The notes beneath the pieces were generated by a model. The model saw only the letters and a program-made list of their open reading frames with translations. It did not search any database and had not been told where the DNA came from. From Lingula anatina (taxonomy: Eukaryota > Animalia > Brachiopoda), in contig CM120647.1 of the NCBI GenBank assembly GCA_051362555.1, forward strand, positions 11,012,651 through 11,076,650: a stretch of 64,000 nt of DNA, written 5' to 3'. Within the stretch, counting starts at the first letter, position 1; every line of letters starts with the position of its first letter. A program made the translations under genes and the position numbers. Positions 27,901 to 39,179 of the stretch are shown here, in pieces.

Positions 27901-30900
27901 TTTTCAGAGAAAAAAAAAGTTTTATATATTTTTTTACAAAAGTAGCGTCGCCTCTATTGCTTTTACCAGTTGTATACTACGTTTTGTCTTTTTATGCACC
28001 CCCTTCCTATGTTGGGTCCATGCTTCTGAAGACTGTTCATATGTTCATTCAGTACCCGGGGCAAATCCGCAGTCAACAATGAAAGAGTAAAATCTACTCA
28101 AACCTGAACCCGCCAAGGTGTGAACAGCTGTGGATCTTATCGTGCTCTTTAACGTCAAAGGTGAAAGCAGACGTTATCTCATTGCGAAATAAAATGAAAC
28201 TAAAAACATCTGAACTCATCTAACTAGGAACATTTCGAGCGGATAAGCAATGAAACCGATCGAACTTGAATTGATTCAGTAGCTTCAGGTGTAACAGCAC
28301 GTCATACGACCTGTTAACCGCGTTCACCAGAAAAAAAATATCTTTTCGGCGGAATTATTTGCCAAATATGTTTTACTCGAAATTCGCATCGACGCAATTG
28401 CTTGAATGGAAAACGCACCAGTTTTTCTGCACATTTGAACGTTTTAATTACAACATTCGCTTCTTAGGGCCTCGCTAAAACTAAAACCCGCCTGCTGTGA
28501 GCCGCGTTTGAACCCAATGTTCGCTTCAGTGTCACTGGTAAAGGCAAGCTAAATCTCGGTATATACACCAAATTCCTCGTTAAAGAAGTCAGCTCTGTAG
28601 GAATTCTCCGTGTCGGGTTCTCAGACACGGCTTCGTGTGCATCATGAAGTTTAACGGTCATGATAAACCCTGGTCGAGGACTGGGGCTGTCCGGGTTGAA
28701 ATAGGGCACCCGGATTATCGATTGAAATAGCATCCAAACTGGCCCTCTCCCTGACAAGGTATAAAGTTTCCATTTGATCCACCACTGATCAACGAAGCTT
28801 CTTTGGCTCCGTGGTAACTTCGTCGCCTTCTGCGAGAGTCTACCCTTATCCACGGGTTCGAGACCCAGCGCGATGACTATAATATTTTTTTTGCTAGAAG
28901 CAATCTTTAAAATTTGCTTTTGATTACTTTAAGAGGAAACTCGTCCCTAGGGAGGGTGGCGGGTCAGTCGCGGCGCAGTCGGTAGCGTGCTTGGATGCAT
29001 AAGACAATACAAAGCGTCACCAACCATGGTAACGAGAAATCACGAGTTCGAATCCCGGATGAGGCACGTCAGTCCATCACGACAACCACCTTGCGCTCTG
29101 ATCGGGCAGTCACCAGAACGAATGCGGGCTCTCGTGGGTCCTAGCAATTTACCTTTTGCACAAATAAACGATATACTTAAGAATAAGTGATCGATTTAAA
29201 AAGAACATAGTAGCATAAAGTCTGCGTCGTCAATAATATGTCGTGGGAATGGTCATTGATCTCTATCTTTTTCCAGCTACGCCATCGATCAAACTTGCAT
29301 TGAGCTATTGCTAACCCGGTAAAGGGCCTCGCCAGTCATACTGCAATGTTCAGCAAAATGGGCTATTTTCTCGAAGGGATTTTCAGAGAAAAAAAAAAGT
29401 TTTATATATTTTTTTACAAAGGTAGCGTCGCCTCTATTGCTTTTACCAGTTGTATACTACGTTTTGTCTTTTTATGCACCCCCTTCCTATGTTGGGTCCA
29501 TGCTTCTGAAGACTGTTCATATGTTCATTCAGTACCCGGGGCAACTCCGCAGTCAACAATGAAAGAGTAAAATCTACTCAAACCTGAACCCGCCAAGGTG
29601 TGAACAGCTGTGGATCTTATCGTGCTCTTTAACGTCAAAGGTGAAAGCAGACGTTATCTCATTGCGAAATAAAATGAAACTAAAAACATCTGAACTCATC
29701 TAACTAGGAACATTTCGAGCGGATAAGCAATGAAACCGATCGAACTTGAATTGATTCAGTAGCTTCAGGTGTAACAGCACGTCATACCACCTGTTAACCG
29801 CGTTCACCAAAAAAAAAAAATATCTTTTCGGCGGAATTATTTGCCAAATATGTTTTACTCGAAATTCGCATCGACGCAATTGCTTGAATGGAAAACGCAC
29901 CAGTTTTTCTGCACATTTGAACGTTTTAATTACAACATTCGCTTCTTAGGGCCTCGCTAAAACTAAAACCCGCCTGCTGTGAGCCGCGTTTGAACCCAAT
30001 GTTCGCTTCAGTGTCACTGGTAAAGGCAAGCTAAATCTCGGTATATACACCAAATTCCTCGTTAAAGAAGTCAGCTCTGTAGGAATTCTCCGTGTCGGGT
30101 TCTCAGACACGGCTTCGTGTGCATCATGAAGATTAACGGTCATGATAAACCCTGGTCGAGGACTGGGTCTGTCCGGGTTGAAATAGGGCACCCGGATTAT
30201 CGATTGAAATAGCATCCAAACTGGCCCTCTCCCTGACAAGGTATAAAGTTTCCATTTGATCCACCACTGATCAACGAAGCTTCTTTGGCTCCGTGGTAAC
30301 TTCGTCCCCTTCTGCGAGAGTCTACCCTTATCCACGGGTTCGAGACCCAGCGCGATGACTATAATATTTTTTTTGCTAGAAGCAATCTTTAAAATTTGCT
30401 TTTGATTACTTTAAGAGGAAACTCGTCCCAAGGGAGGGTGGCGGGTCAGTCGCGGCGCAGTCGGTAGCGTGCTTGGATGCATAAGACAATACAAAGCGTC
30501 ACCAACCATGGTAACGAGAAATCACGAGTTCGAATCCCAGATGAGGCACGTCAGTCCATCACGACAACCACCTTGCGCTCTGATCGGGCAGTCACCAGAA
30601 CGAATGCGGGCTCTCGTGGGTCCTAGCAATTTACCTTTTGCACAAATAAACGATATACTTAAGAATAAGTGATCGATTTAAAAAGAACATAGTAGCATAA
30701 AGTCTGCGTCGTCAATAATATGTCGTGGGAATGGTCATTGATCTCTATCTTTTTCCAGCTACGCCATCGATCAAACTTGCATTGAGCTATTGCTAACCCG
30801 GTAAAGGGCCTCGCCAGTCATACTGCAATGTTCAGCAAAATGGGCTATTTTCTCGAAGGGATTTTCAGAGAAAAAAAAAAAGTTTTATATATTTTTTTAC

Positions 30901-33900
30901 AAAGGTAGCGTCGCCTGTATTGCTTTTACCAGTTGTATACTACGTTTTGTCTTTTTATGCACCCCCTTCCTATGTTGGGTCCATGCTTCTGAAGACTGTT
31001 CATATGTTCATTCAGTACCCGGGGCAACTCCGCAGTCAACAATGAAAGAGTAAAATCTACTCAAACCTGAACCCGCCAAGGTGTGAACAGCTGTGGATCT
31101 TATCGTGCTCTTTAACGTCAAAGGTGAAAGCAGACGTTATCTCATTGCGAAATAAAATGAAACTAAAAACATCTGAACTCATCTAACTAGGAACATTTCG
31201 AGCGGATAAGCAATGAAACCGATCGAACTTGAATTGATTCAGTAGCTTCAGGTGTAACAGCACGTCATACCACCTGTTAACCGCGTTCACCAAAAAAAAA
31301 AATATCTTTTCGGCGGAATTATTTGCCAAATATGTTTTACTCGAAATTCGCATCGACGCAATTGCTTGAATGGAAAACGCACCAGTTTTTCTGCACATTT
31401 GAACGTTTTAATTACAACATTCGCTTCTTAGGGCCTCGCTAAAACTAAAACCCGCCTGCTGTGAGCCGCGTTTGAACCCAATGTTCGCTTCAGTGTCACT
31501 GGTAAAGGCAAGCTAAATCTCGGTATATACACCAAATTCCTCGTTAAAGAAGTCAGCTCTGTAGGAATTCTCCGTGTCGGGTTCTCAGACACGGCTTCGT
31601 GTGCATCATGAAGATTAACGGTCATGATAAACCCTGGTCGAGGACTGGGGCTGTCCGGGTTGAAATAGGGCACCCGGATTATCGATTGAAATAGCATCCA
31701 AACTGGCCCTCTCCCTGACAAGGTATAAAGTTTCCATTTGATCCACCACTGATCAACGAAGCTTCTTTGGCTCCGTGGTAACTTCGTCGCCTTCTGCGAG
31801 AGTCTACCCTTATCCACGGGTTCGAGACCCAGCGCGATGACTATAATATTTTTTTTGCTAGAAGCAATCCTTAAAATTTGCTTTTGATTACTTCAAGAGG
31901 AAACTCGTCCCTAGGGAGGGTGGCGGGTCAGTCGCGGCGCAGTCGGTAGCGTGCTTGGATGCAAAAGACAATACAAAGCGTCACCAACCATGGTAACGAG
32001 AAATCACGAGTTCGAATCCCGGATGAGGCACGTCAGTCCATCACGACAACCACCTTGCGCTCTGATCGGGCAGTCACCAGAACGAATGCGGGCTCTCGTG
32101 GGTCCTAGCAATTTACCTTTTGCACAAATAAACGATATACTTAAGAATAATTGATCGATTTAAAAAGAACATAGTAGCATAAAGTCTGCGTCGTCAATAA
32201 TATGTCGTGGGAATGGTCATTGATCTCTATCTTTTTCCAGCTACGCCATCGATCAAACTTGCATTGAGCTATTGCTAACCCGGTAAAGGGCCTCGCCAGT
32301 CATACTGCAATGTTCAGCAAAATGGGCTATTTTCTCGGTGGGATTTTCAGAGAAAAAAAAAGTTTTATATATTTTTTTACAAAAGTAGCGTCGCCTCTAT
32401 TGCTTTTACCAGTTGTATACTACGTTTTGTCTTTTTATGCACCCCCTTCCTATGTTGGGTCCATGCTTCTGAAGACTGTTCATATGTTCATTCAGTACCC
32501 GGGGCAAATCCGCAGTCAACAATGAAAGAGTAAAATCTACTCAAACCTGAACCCGCCAAGGTGTGAACAGCTGTGGATCTTATCGTGCTCTTTAACGTCA
32601 AAGGTGAAAGCAGACGTTATCTCATTGCGAAATAAAATGAAACTAAAAACATCTGAACTCATCTAACTAGGAACATTTCGAGCGGATAAGCAATGAAACC
32701 GATCGAACTTGAATTGATTCAGTAGCTTCAGGTGTAACAGCACGTCATACCACCTGTTAACCGCGTTCACCAGAAAAAAAATATCTTTTCGGCGGAATTA
32801 TTTGCCAAATATGTTTTACTCGAAATTCGCATCGACGCAATTGCTTGAATGGAAAACGCACCAGTTTTTCTGCACATTTGAACGTTTTAATTATAACATT
32901 CGCTTCTTAGGGCCTCGCTAAAACTAAAACCCGCCTGCTGTGAGCCGCGTTTGAACCCAATGTTCGCTTCAGTGTCACTGGTAAAGGCAAGCTAAATCTC
33001 GGTATATACACCAAATTCCTCGTTAAAGAAGTCAGCTCTGTAGGAATTCTCCGTGTCGGGTTCTCAGACACGGCTTCGTGTGCATCATGAAGTTTAACGG
33101 TCATGATAAACCCTGGTCGAGGACTGGGGCTGTCCGGGTTGAAATAGGGCACCCGGATTATCGATTGAAATAGCATCCAAACTGGCCCTCTCCCTGACAA
33201 GGTATAAAGTTTCCATTTGATCCACCACTGATCAACGAAGCTTCTTTGGCTCCGTGGTAACTTCGTCGCCTTCTGCGAGAGTCTACCCTTATCCACGGGT
33301 TCGAGACCCAGCGCGATGACTATAATATTTTTTTTGCTAGAAGCAATCTTTAAAATTTGCTTTTGATTACTTTAAGAGGAAACTCGTCCCTAGGGAGGGT
33401 GGCGGGTCAGTCGCGGCGCAGTCGGTAGCGTGCTTGGATGCATAAGACAATACAAAGCGTCACCAACCATGGTAACGAGAAATCACGAGTTCGAATCCCG
33501 GATGAGGCACGTCAGTCCATCACGACAACCACCTTGCGCTCTGATCGGGCAGTCACCAGAACGAATGCGGGCTCTCGTGGGTCCTAGCAATTTACCTTTT
33601 GCACAAATAAACGATATACTTTAGAATAAGTGATCGATTAAAAATGGTCATTGATCTCTATCTTTTTCCAGCTACGCCATCGATCAAACTTGCATTGAGC
33701 TATTGCTAACCCGGTATAGGGCCTCGCCTGTCATACTGCAATGTTCAGCAAAATGGGCTTTTTTCTTGGTGGGATTTTCAGAGAAAAAAGTTTTATATGT
33801 TTTTTTACAAAAGTAGCGTCGCCTCTATTGCTTTTACCAGTTGTATACTACGTTTTGTGTTTTTATGCACCCCCTTCCTATATTGGGTCCATGCTTCTCA

Positions 33901-36900
33901 AGACTGGTCATATGTTCATTCAGTACCCAGGGCAACTCCGCAGTCAACAATGAAAGAGTAAAATCTACTCAAACCTGAAACCGCCAAGGTGTGAACAGCT
34001 GTGGATCTTATCGTGCTCTTTAACGTCAAAGGTGAAACCAGACGTTATCTCATTGTGAAATAAATGAAACTAAAAACATGTGAACTCATCTAACTAGGAA
34101 CATTTCGAGCGGATAAGCAATGAAACCGATCGAACTTGAATTGTAGGCCTTTATCAGACTGAGACTGATGTTAGGAGATGTTTTTACTTACTGACCGCTA
34201 GGTGGTCTACTCATATTAGTGGGATGGTACCATATATCCAGGTTGGCCGTAAACTAACGGTGTGAGAGTCGACTTGTGTTTGGTAATTTTGATATACTAG
34301 TATGATCCTGTCTCCAAACTAATTAAGTTTTTTGCTCATATACATTTAGTTTTCAGTTAGCTACTTCCGACGCAAGAAAATCTTACTGAATGCTAATATC
34401 ACTCTGTTTACAACCTGAATTACTTGAAGCTCTAATTTATATGCGGAGATTTGCTTTCTGTGCAAAGTCAGTTTCAGGCGTATGGGTTTTTATACTTTTA
34501 CAATGAAGCATATATTTTTTAGCTTTCCAGAAGCGAACGTTTCATATACCATTTAGGTAATTGAAATTTATTCTAGGTATTCAATGAAAATCTACAGAGG
34601 TTCAAGGATCTTCTCGCCAATACCGCGGCAGCACTGCTGAACTTAGTCCACAACGCCCTAGCTGATCTTAAGACCGTAATTCAACAAATTGTAGGCGATC
34701 TACTTAGCCTCACATTCCCTGATTTCTCTGTCGTATTAGACACCATCCATAATACTTGGAGCGTCCTAAAGATGGCAGCACAGAACTTCTTTGACGCCGT
34801 TGAGTTCAATGTTGAAATCGCCAAACACAACTTTACGGAGATGATCAAATTCGAGGTGAACCGCATAAAGGGAAATTTAAACGCAACGATCCAAACGGCC
34901 ATCAGGGAAATAGCGTCTGTCACAGATGATTTTTCTGGATTCGGCTTGCGCTACGAGACGACCATTAAGGCATTTGGTCTGGAAATATTTGGGCTTAAAA
35001 TTGAGTTTGTTTACTCAGTGGGACATTTGGGACAGTGTAGCAGGTTTCAGAAGATCTACCAATTGTTAGCCGGAGAGAAAGCAGCCCGTGTTTTGGCTAT
35101 CGTTTCTACGGAACAGAGACTGGGCTTTTTCTTAAAATTAAAGAAAGGGGTGGGAATCGGGGCTGCATTCGGCATAGACAGCAACACTTTCATTCTACAG
35201 CTTCACGCTGAGGTCGGTTTATTGGACATAAGAGCGGAAGCCGACGTGTTTATATCAAATAACAGTTTGACAACTTACATTGAGGGAAAGGTATGGAATC
35301 TCTTCCGCACCCGATTGACGATGTCGGCCGAGCTTGGTAAAGAGTGGTATCAACTGACATACATTATGGAGGGAGCACTGCTGTCTGGTGGAAATGACTC
35401 TTTTGAAGAGAGCTTCATTGATGCACTTAAGAACTTTACCAACAACCTTGCTAACGAAGCCAACAAACGAGTAACCCAAGCACAGCAAGGTCTAACTTGG
35501 GCTCAAGGTAAGATCTCCAGGGCTCAGAACTGGCTTGAGGAGAAAAAGGCAGATGTTCGCAGGGCAAATGGCACATCCAGTAGCGCTGTTGCAGCACTAG
35601 AACGTGCCAAGCAGAAACTGGACTCCGCAAAGGGACCTTACCGCAGAGCTCTGCAAGAACTGAAAGTCGCGCAAAAGGATGTTGATAATCTGTGTAGGAT
35701 ACAAAATTGCAGGAAAATCTGTATACCAGGACTAAAATGTAAATGGTGCAATAAAAAAGTCAAGGGTGTCAGAATCCCTTACCCTTGCTGTAGGTGGAAA
35801 AGGTGCATGGTCAAGATACCGGATCCCGTTTGTGTGGCTGCTAATGTGGTCTGTAGAGGAATCCGGTTGATAGCATACGGTGCCTTAGAACGGGTCAATT
35901 TAGCCGTGAAAGCCCCTATGGTCGCTCTGGATGTAGCCAAGGCCGGTGTCTCAGTAGCCCAGATCGTGGTAGACAAGTCAAGGATGGTGTTGGATATTGC
36001 TGTAGGTACTTTGGAAGTGGCCAAGATTGCATTGGAAGGCGTTAAAGCGTCCTTTGATGTTGCCAAGACTGCTCTTGAAGCAGTGAAGTTTGCAGTGAGA
36101 GCGGCCTTCAAAGTGTTCGAGTTGGGCGCCTCAGGGCTGCAGTTCATCTTAGATGTTAGGCAGTGTGGGTTCCGAGTGGAGCTTTCTACCGTCGATTTAC
36201 CTATTTTCGACGTGACGTGTGAAGTGAACGCCTTCAGCCTCGGTAGGAGGATCGTAAGGATAAGGATCAACTTCAAAAATATAGTACAAAGCATATTGGA
36301 AGCAACCAAAGCTACCATAAACGCACTTCTTAATGCACTCAAAGGGGCAATCAGCGGACGCAAACGCCGCGAGTTAGAGTTTGACGTTAACGCCAATATG
36401 CACACCTTCTACCGGGTGATTCGCCAAACTGGGGGCAACGAAGCAGGCGAACAACTATTGAATGAAACTCTTGACGTAAGGGATAGCATCACTGGCTTCA
36501 AGAACAGCACCAGTGAGGATCTCAACAACCTCAGTGATAAAGAAAACAGAGTTAATATATTTGCAGAAAAATGTGAGACTTTTAACGAAGCGGAAAGATT
36601 TCTGCGTCGAGTGTTTGACTCCCTTTTAAGTGTTGCAACTGACTCCAAAACATCGTTAGACAACGTGACGGCCATGTTGGAGACCTTCCCAGATGTCGAC
36701 ACCCCTCAACTATCAAATGGATCATTAGCGTCTTTTGGGGTTAATGTCACGGTCGGTGAATCTGATTACAATCTGACGGCTGAGGAGATGGAGGCGGCGT
36801 TTTTGGAGACCATGTTGAACATCACGGATGATCCGGAACTGAAAGAGGCTCTGGGAGCGTCTCCGTTTGCCAAGAACATAGTTCTGGAGGAGGCCAAACA

Positions 36901-37870
36901 AGCAGCGAAGATGGCGTTAGTGGAAATTTGGATCAGTGTCGCAGAAAATATCACGTCAACCACATATCCGCCGGATGTTTGTGCCAACTTCAGAGACTGT
37001 GTGTTGTACGAACTTGGACGTCTGTATGAGCTCTATAATACCAGTCTACAGTTACTGGGTGTCGAAAGCATCAAGGGCTATATTCCCGCTCTGGAGAATT
37101 CAATTCTGGCACTTGTGAACAGCGTGGAAGGCATCGACGTCAATGAGGCTTATCGACATAGCAGAGAGATCATGGATCTTCTTGATAATATCAGGTCCCA
37201 TGATGTTTTCTGTAAAACCGCACCGCAAGTCATCGCGGGACCCAGAAACACCACTGTTGCGACTGGAGAGTCCGTGAAGTTCACATGTCAGGCAACTGGT
37301 GATCCCAAACCGGACTACTCCTGGTTTAAAGATGGAAAGTCTCTCGGAATAACTTCAAAGAACTTGCGCTTGAAATCGGTAACAGATTCGGATGCGGGAT
37401 CCTACTCGTGTCGAGCTGAAAATTACATAGCTGGCGATGACTCAGAATCTGGATACTTGACCGTTACTAATGATGGTAAGGAGGGAATCTGTCTCTCTGT
37501 TCATTTCCCACTCTCTCTCTTCTTCTTGTCTTGGTCTTTCGTCTTTCTAATATAGATATGCATAGGCAAAAGCCAACTACCGAAACGAAAACAGATATTA
37601 TAATACACAAATAAAAATGTACATCCACACAAACAAACCATGAATTAATTATTAAATTCTTGTTTTCCAGTAATTTCATGTCCGACCGTTTTCGCCATGA
37701 TGGCCCACCCCTTCGACTGTAGAAGGTTCGTTGTGTGCGTGTGGTCAACACCAGTGGTCATGACCTGCCCCCGTAGCCAACACGGTCCGCTGGTGTGGGA
37801 CCAGAGCATAAAGAATTGCAACCACGTCCGTTACGTACCCCGATGTCAACATGACCAGCCTGGCGAGTAA
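6558..37870 (+). CDS. Gene A (5'-truncated by window): multi-exon secreted EGF-repeat / coiled-coil / Ig / chitin-binding protein
   Basis: AG/GT-bounded exons with consistent phases: 6558-6680, 7338-7460, 7782-8051, 8522-8647, 9050-9166, 11120-11242, 11978-12097, 12447-13344, 15274-15388, 15742-15898, 16045-16146, 16372-16511, 34577-37475, 37671-37870 (TAA). Each has a counterpart in gene B. Confidence 0.88.
7338..7460 (+). CDS. Gene A Ca-EGF exon
   Basis: 123-bp phase-1 exon, [31 protein letters not shown]... Confidence 0.9.
7782..8051 (+). CDS. Gene A double Ca-EGF exon (internal 147-bp duplication)
   Basis: Two DTDECALG...CT repeats joined in frame by 24 nt (7905-7928). Confidence 0.85.
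8522..8647 (+). CDS. Gene A Ca-EGF exon
   Basis: 126-bp phase-1 exon, [28 protein letters not shown]... Confidence 0.9.
9050..9166 (+). CDS. Gene A EGF exon (Ca-binding consensus altered)
   Basis: 117-bp phase-1 exon, [25 protein letters not shown]...; gene B has DIDEC here. Confidence 0.85.
9374..10973 (-). mobile_element. Decayed Tc1/mariner copy 2
   Basis: Same TIRs (CAGAATTGACATTTAA...AAATGTCAAGTCTG), TA flanks, homologous body with internal deletion. Confidence 0.85.
10631..10798. mobile_element. Small MITE nested in Tc1 copy 2
   Basis: CAGGAGCGGAT...ATCCGCCCCTG termini, GCATA on both sides; related inverted copy at 43108-43273. Confidence 0.65.
11120..11242 (+). CDS. Gene A Ca-EGF exon
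   Basis: 123-bp phase-1 exon, [27 protein letters not shown]... Confidence 0.9.
11406..11446 (-). other. Degenerate minimal hammerhead-ribozyme-like motif (Penelope-type remnant)
   Basis: Minus strand ATAATC-CCGAAGA-A-GGCC-TAGA-GGCC-GAAA-GTTTG-GATTAT; core differs from CUGANGA; (AAT)n tract ~200 bp away. Confidence 0.45.
11978..12097 (+). CDS. Gene A Ca-EGF exon
   Basis: 120-bp phase-1 exon, [27 protein letters not shown]... Confidence 0.9.
12447..13344 (+). CDS. Gene A large exon, uncharacterised ~300-aa domain
   Basis: Within ORF 12416-13348; cag acceptor and gtaag donor; near-identical exon at 56236-57118. Confidence 0.88.
13507..15167 (-). mobile_element. Decayed Tc1/mariner copy 3 (full length, ~1.66 kb)
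   Basis: TIRs CAGACTTGACATTTAATATGGAATAT / ATATTCCATATTAAATGTCAAGTCTG; TA duplication; empty site gactaatatta in gene B near 57290. Confidence 0.9.
15274..15388 (+). CDS. Gene A internal exon
   Basis: [38 protein letters not shown]; AG/GT; conserved at 57406-57520. Confidence 0.85.
15742..15898 (+). CDS. Gene A internal exon
   Basis: [32 protein letters not shown]...; AG/GT; conserved at 58432-58588. Confidence 0.85.
15916..15960. repeat. (CT)n(CA)n microsatellite, shared with gene B intron (~58602-58665)
   Basis: Direct observation. Confidence 0.9.
16045..16146 (+). CDS. Gene A internal exon
   Basis: [34 protein letters not shown]; conserved at 58739-58840. Confidence 0.85.
16372..16511 (+). 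CDS. Gene A internal exon
   Basis: [47 protein letters not shown]; conserved at 59070-59209. Confidence 0.85.
19608..19706 (+). ncRNA. Vault-RNA-like Pol III cassette (representative; other copies start near 17963, 21089, 22570, 24048, 25649, 27315, 28794, 30276, 31758, 33237)
   Basis: TATAAA at 19574; A-box-like CTTTGGCTCCGTGGTAACTTCG; B box GGGTTCGAGACCC at 19668-19680; T8 terminator at 19699-19706; ~100 nt. Confidence 0.5.
19775..19971 (+). ncRNA. tRNA-derived/SINE-head-like Pol III cassette in each repeat unit (representative copy)
   Basis: A box CGGCGCAGTCGG at 19785 with D-stem GCGC/GCGT; B box GAGTTCGAATCC at 19858; T4 at 19968; no intact cloverleaf. Confidence 0.45.
34577..37475 (+). 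CDS. Gene A 2.9-kb exon: beta-rich region, coiled-coil hairpin with Cys-rich tip, RKRR site, helical region, Ig I-set-like domain
   Basis: 2899-bp open exon in frame with ORF 34772-37555; Ig motifs [19 protein letters not shown] and [13 protein letters not shown]. Confidence 0.93.
37671..37870 (+). CDS. Gene A terminal exon: chitin-binding type-2 (CBM14/peritrophin-A-like) domain
   Basis: [66 protein letters not shown]; six Cys with HPxDCxxFxxC...CP...WD...C spacing; not in ORF track. Confidence 0.85.
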
Positions 37871-39179
37871 ACCACGCCTGGATGACGTGAACACATGTTG
37901 TTATCACATGATGCCCTCATTAGAAGTCAGGAAGCAACGTTGAATTTGACTTGCAAATGTATGTTTACTTTTGAACGTTTTTGATGCCCTTATACCTAGT
38001 ACGCGTATAAGAGTGTGTGCCATACTTACAGTTATTCACATTATGCTTATATTAGTTGCTGGTCGTATGAAGCAAAGCCAAGAAGACTGAGACTCTGTCT
38101 TTATGAATTATTCTTTTACTTTAGCAATTGCTCAATTTTGCTTTGTTTATCGAATAATCGCTATGTGTACCATGCTTTGAGGCGAAAAAAAAAATCATTA
38201 AACACATTGAGAATTAATTGAATTATTTGTTATAGGATAAGTACATTATACCTTGATGTATCAAGTACAGCACCAAACGTTTTTGAACAACGCGCAAATA
38301 ATACACAAATTCGGATCGTAATAGTAACAACATTTAACGGTGCTTAAAAGTTTTTAGTTTTTTTTTACTTTTAATAAACAGTTCCATTCGAGCTGTTTTC
38401 CTCATTTAATATTGATCAAGGTTTTGAACGCTTTGAATGACATGATTGCTTGCAAGACAAGTTTGTTTACTATCTCTTGCATCTCACATTCCTGCTTATA
38501 CATTTACGCCCAAAGTTTTGATTTAGACACCTAATCTATGATTACGCTTCAACCTTGCGTAAAGCTTGAATACAAGATTATGCTCGCCTGTACTTTGTCG
38601 TGTCAGATTGTACATTTGATTTCACGCCATACAAGATAAAATGCAATCAAAACTTGACACGTGTGGGTGGCGGCACACAGCTCACTTTTGCAGTTCTTGT
38701 TGTGTTTCTACGTACACAAAATAATCTCATTCATAAATGAACACCGGGTAGCCATCAGACTGTATTTTCAATATCGTACCGTACCGGTACTGGTATATGG
38801 TGTTTCTTCAGAACACTTGCTCAGAGATAGGCGTTTGACGTTGGGCAAACCCTTCAATGCCATTCTTATCAAAGTGCATTGGACTGCATGTATTTTCCTG
38901 TGTCCCAGAACACAAACACATACAAACCTTAGTTTTCACGATTTGTTCTACATGTACAAATAAAAAAAAATAAAAAAAAAATAATAAAATAAAAATAAAA
39001 ATAAAATAAAAAAAATTTAAAAAAAATAATAATAATTAAAAAAAATACTATATGTCACAATGGTTGAACAGTATTATAATGTCGACGACTTTTTTCAAAT
39101 GCCGGAATCGCTACTAAAGGCTTACTTGAGGAAGTTTGGATAATTTATGTATTATTTACTTTTAAAATGAAATAATCAT

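Larger units (their letters stand above)
16735..34143 (+). repeat. Intronic head-to-tail tandem array of a ~1.48-kb unit (11 units plus ~0.75-kb partial)
   Basis: Homologous positions at 18323, 19801, 21282, 22763, 24241, 25843, 27508, 28987, 30469, 31951, 33430 (spacings 1478-1482, plus 1602 and 1665); missing from the homologous gene B intron (junction near 59425). Confidence 0.98.

Noticed and set aside
17632-33953. Recurrent 64-129-aa ORFs in the array
   Set aside because: Mostly non-ATG starts, no recognisable domain, frames broken by homopolymer indels between copies; recurrence just reflects repeat identity.
16735-34143. CRISPR, rDNA/5S, histone or spliceosomal snRNA array
   Set aside because: No repeat-spacer pattern; no recognisable 5S, rRNA, histone, U1, U2 or U6 sequence (ATTCGCTTCTTAGGGCC only superficially resembles the U2 start).
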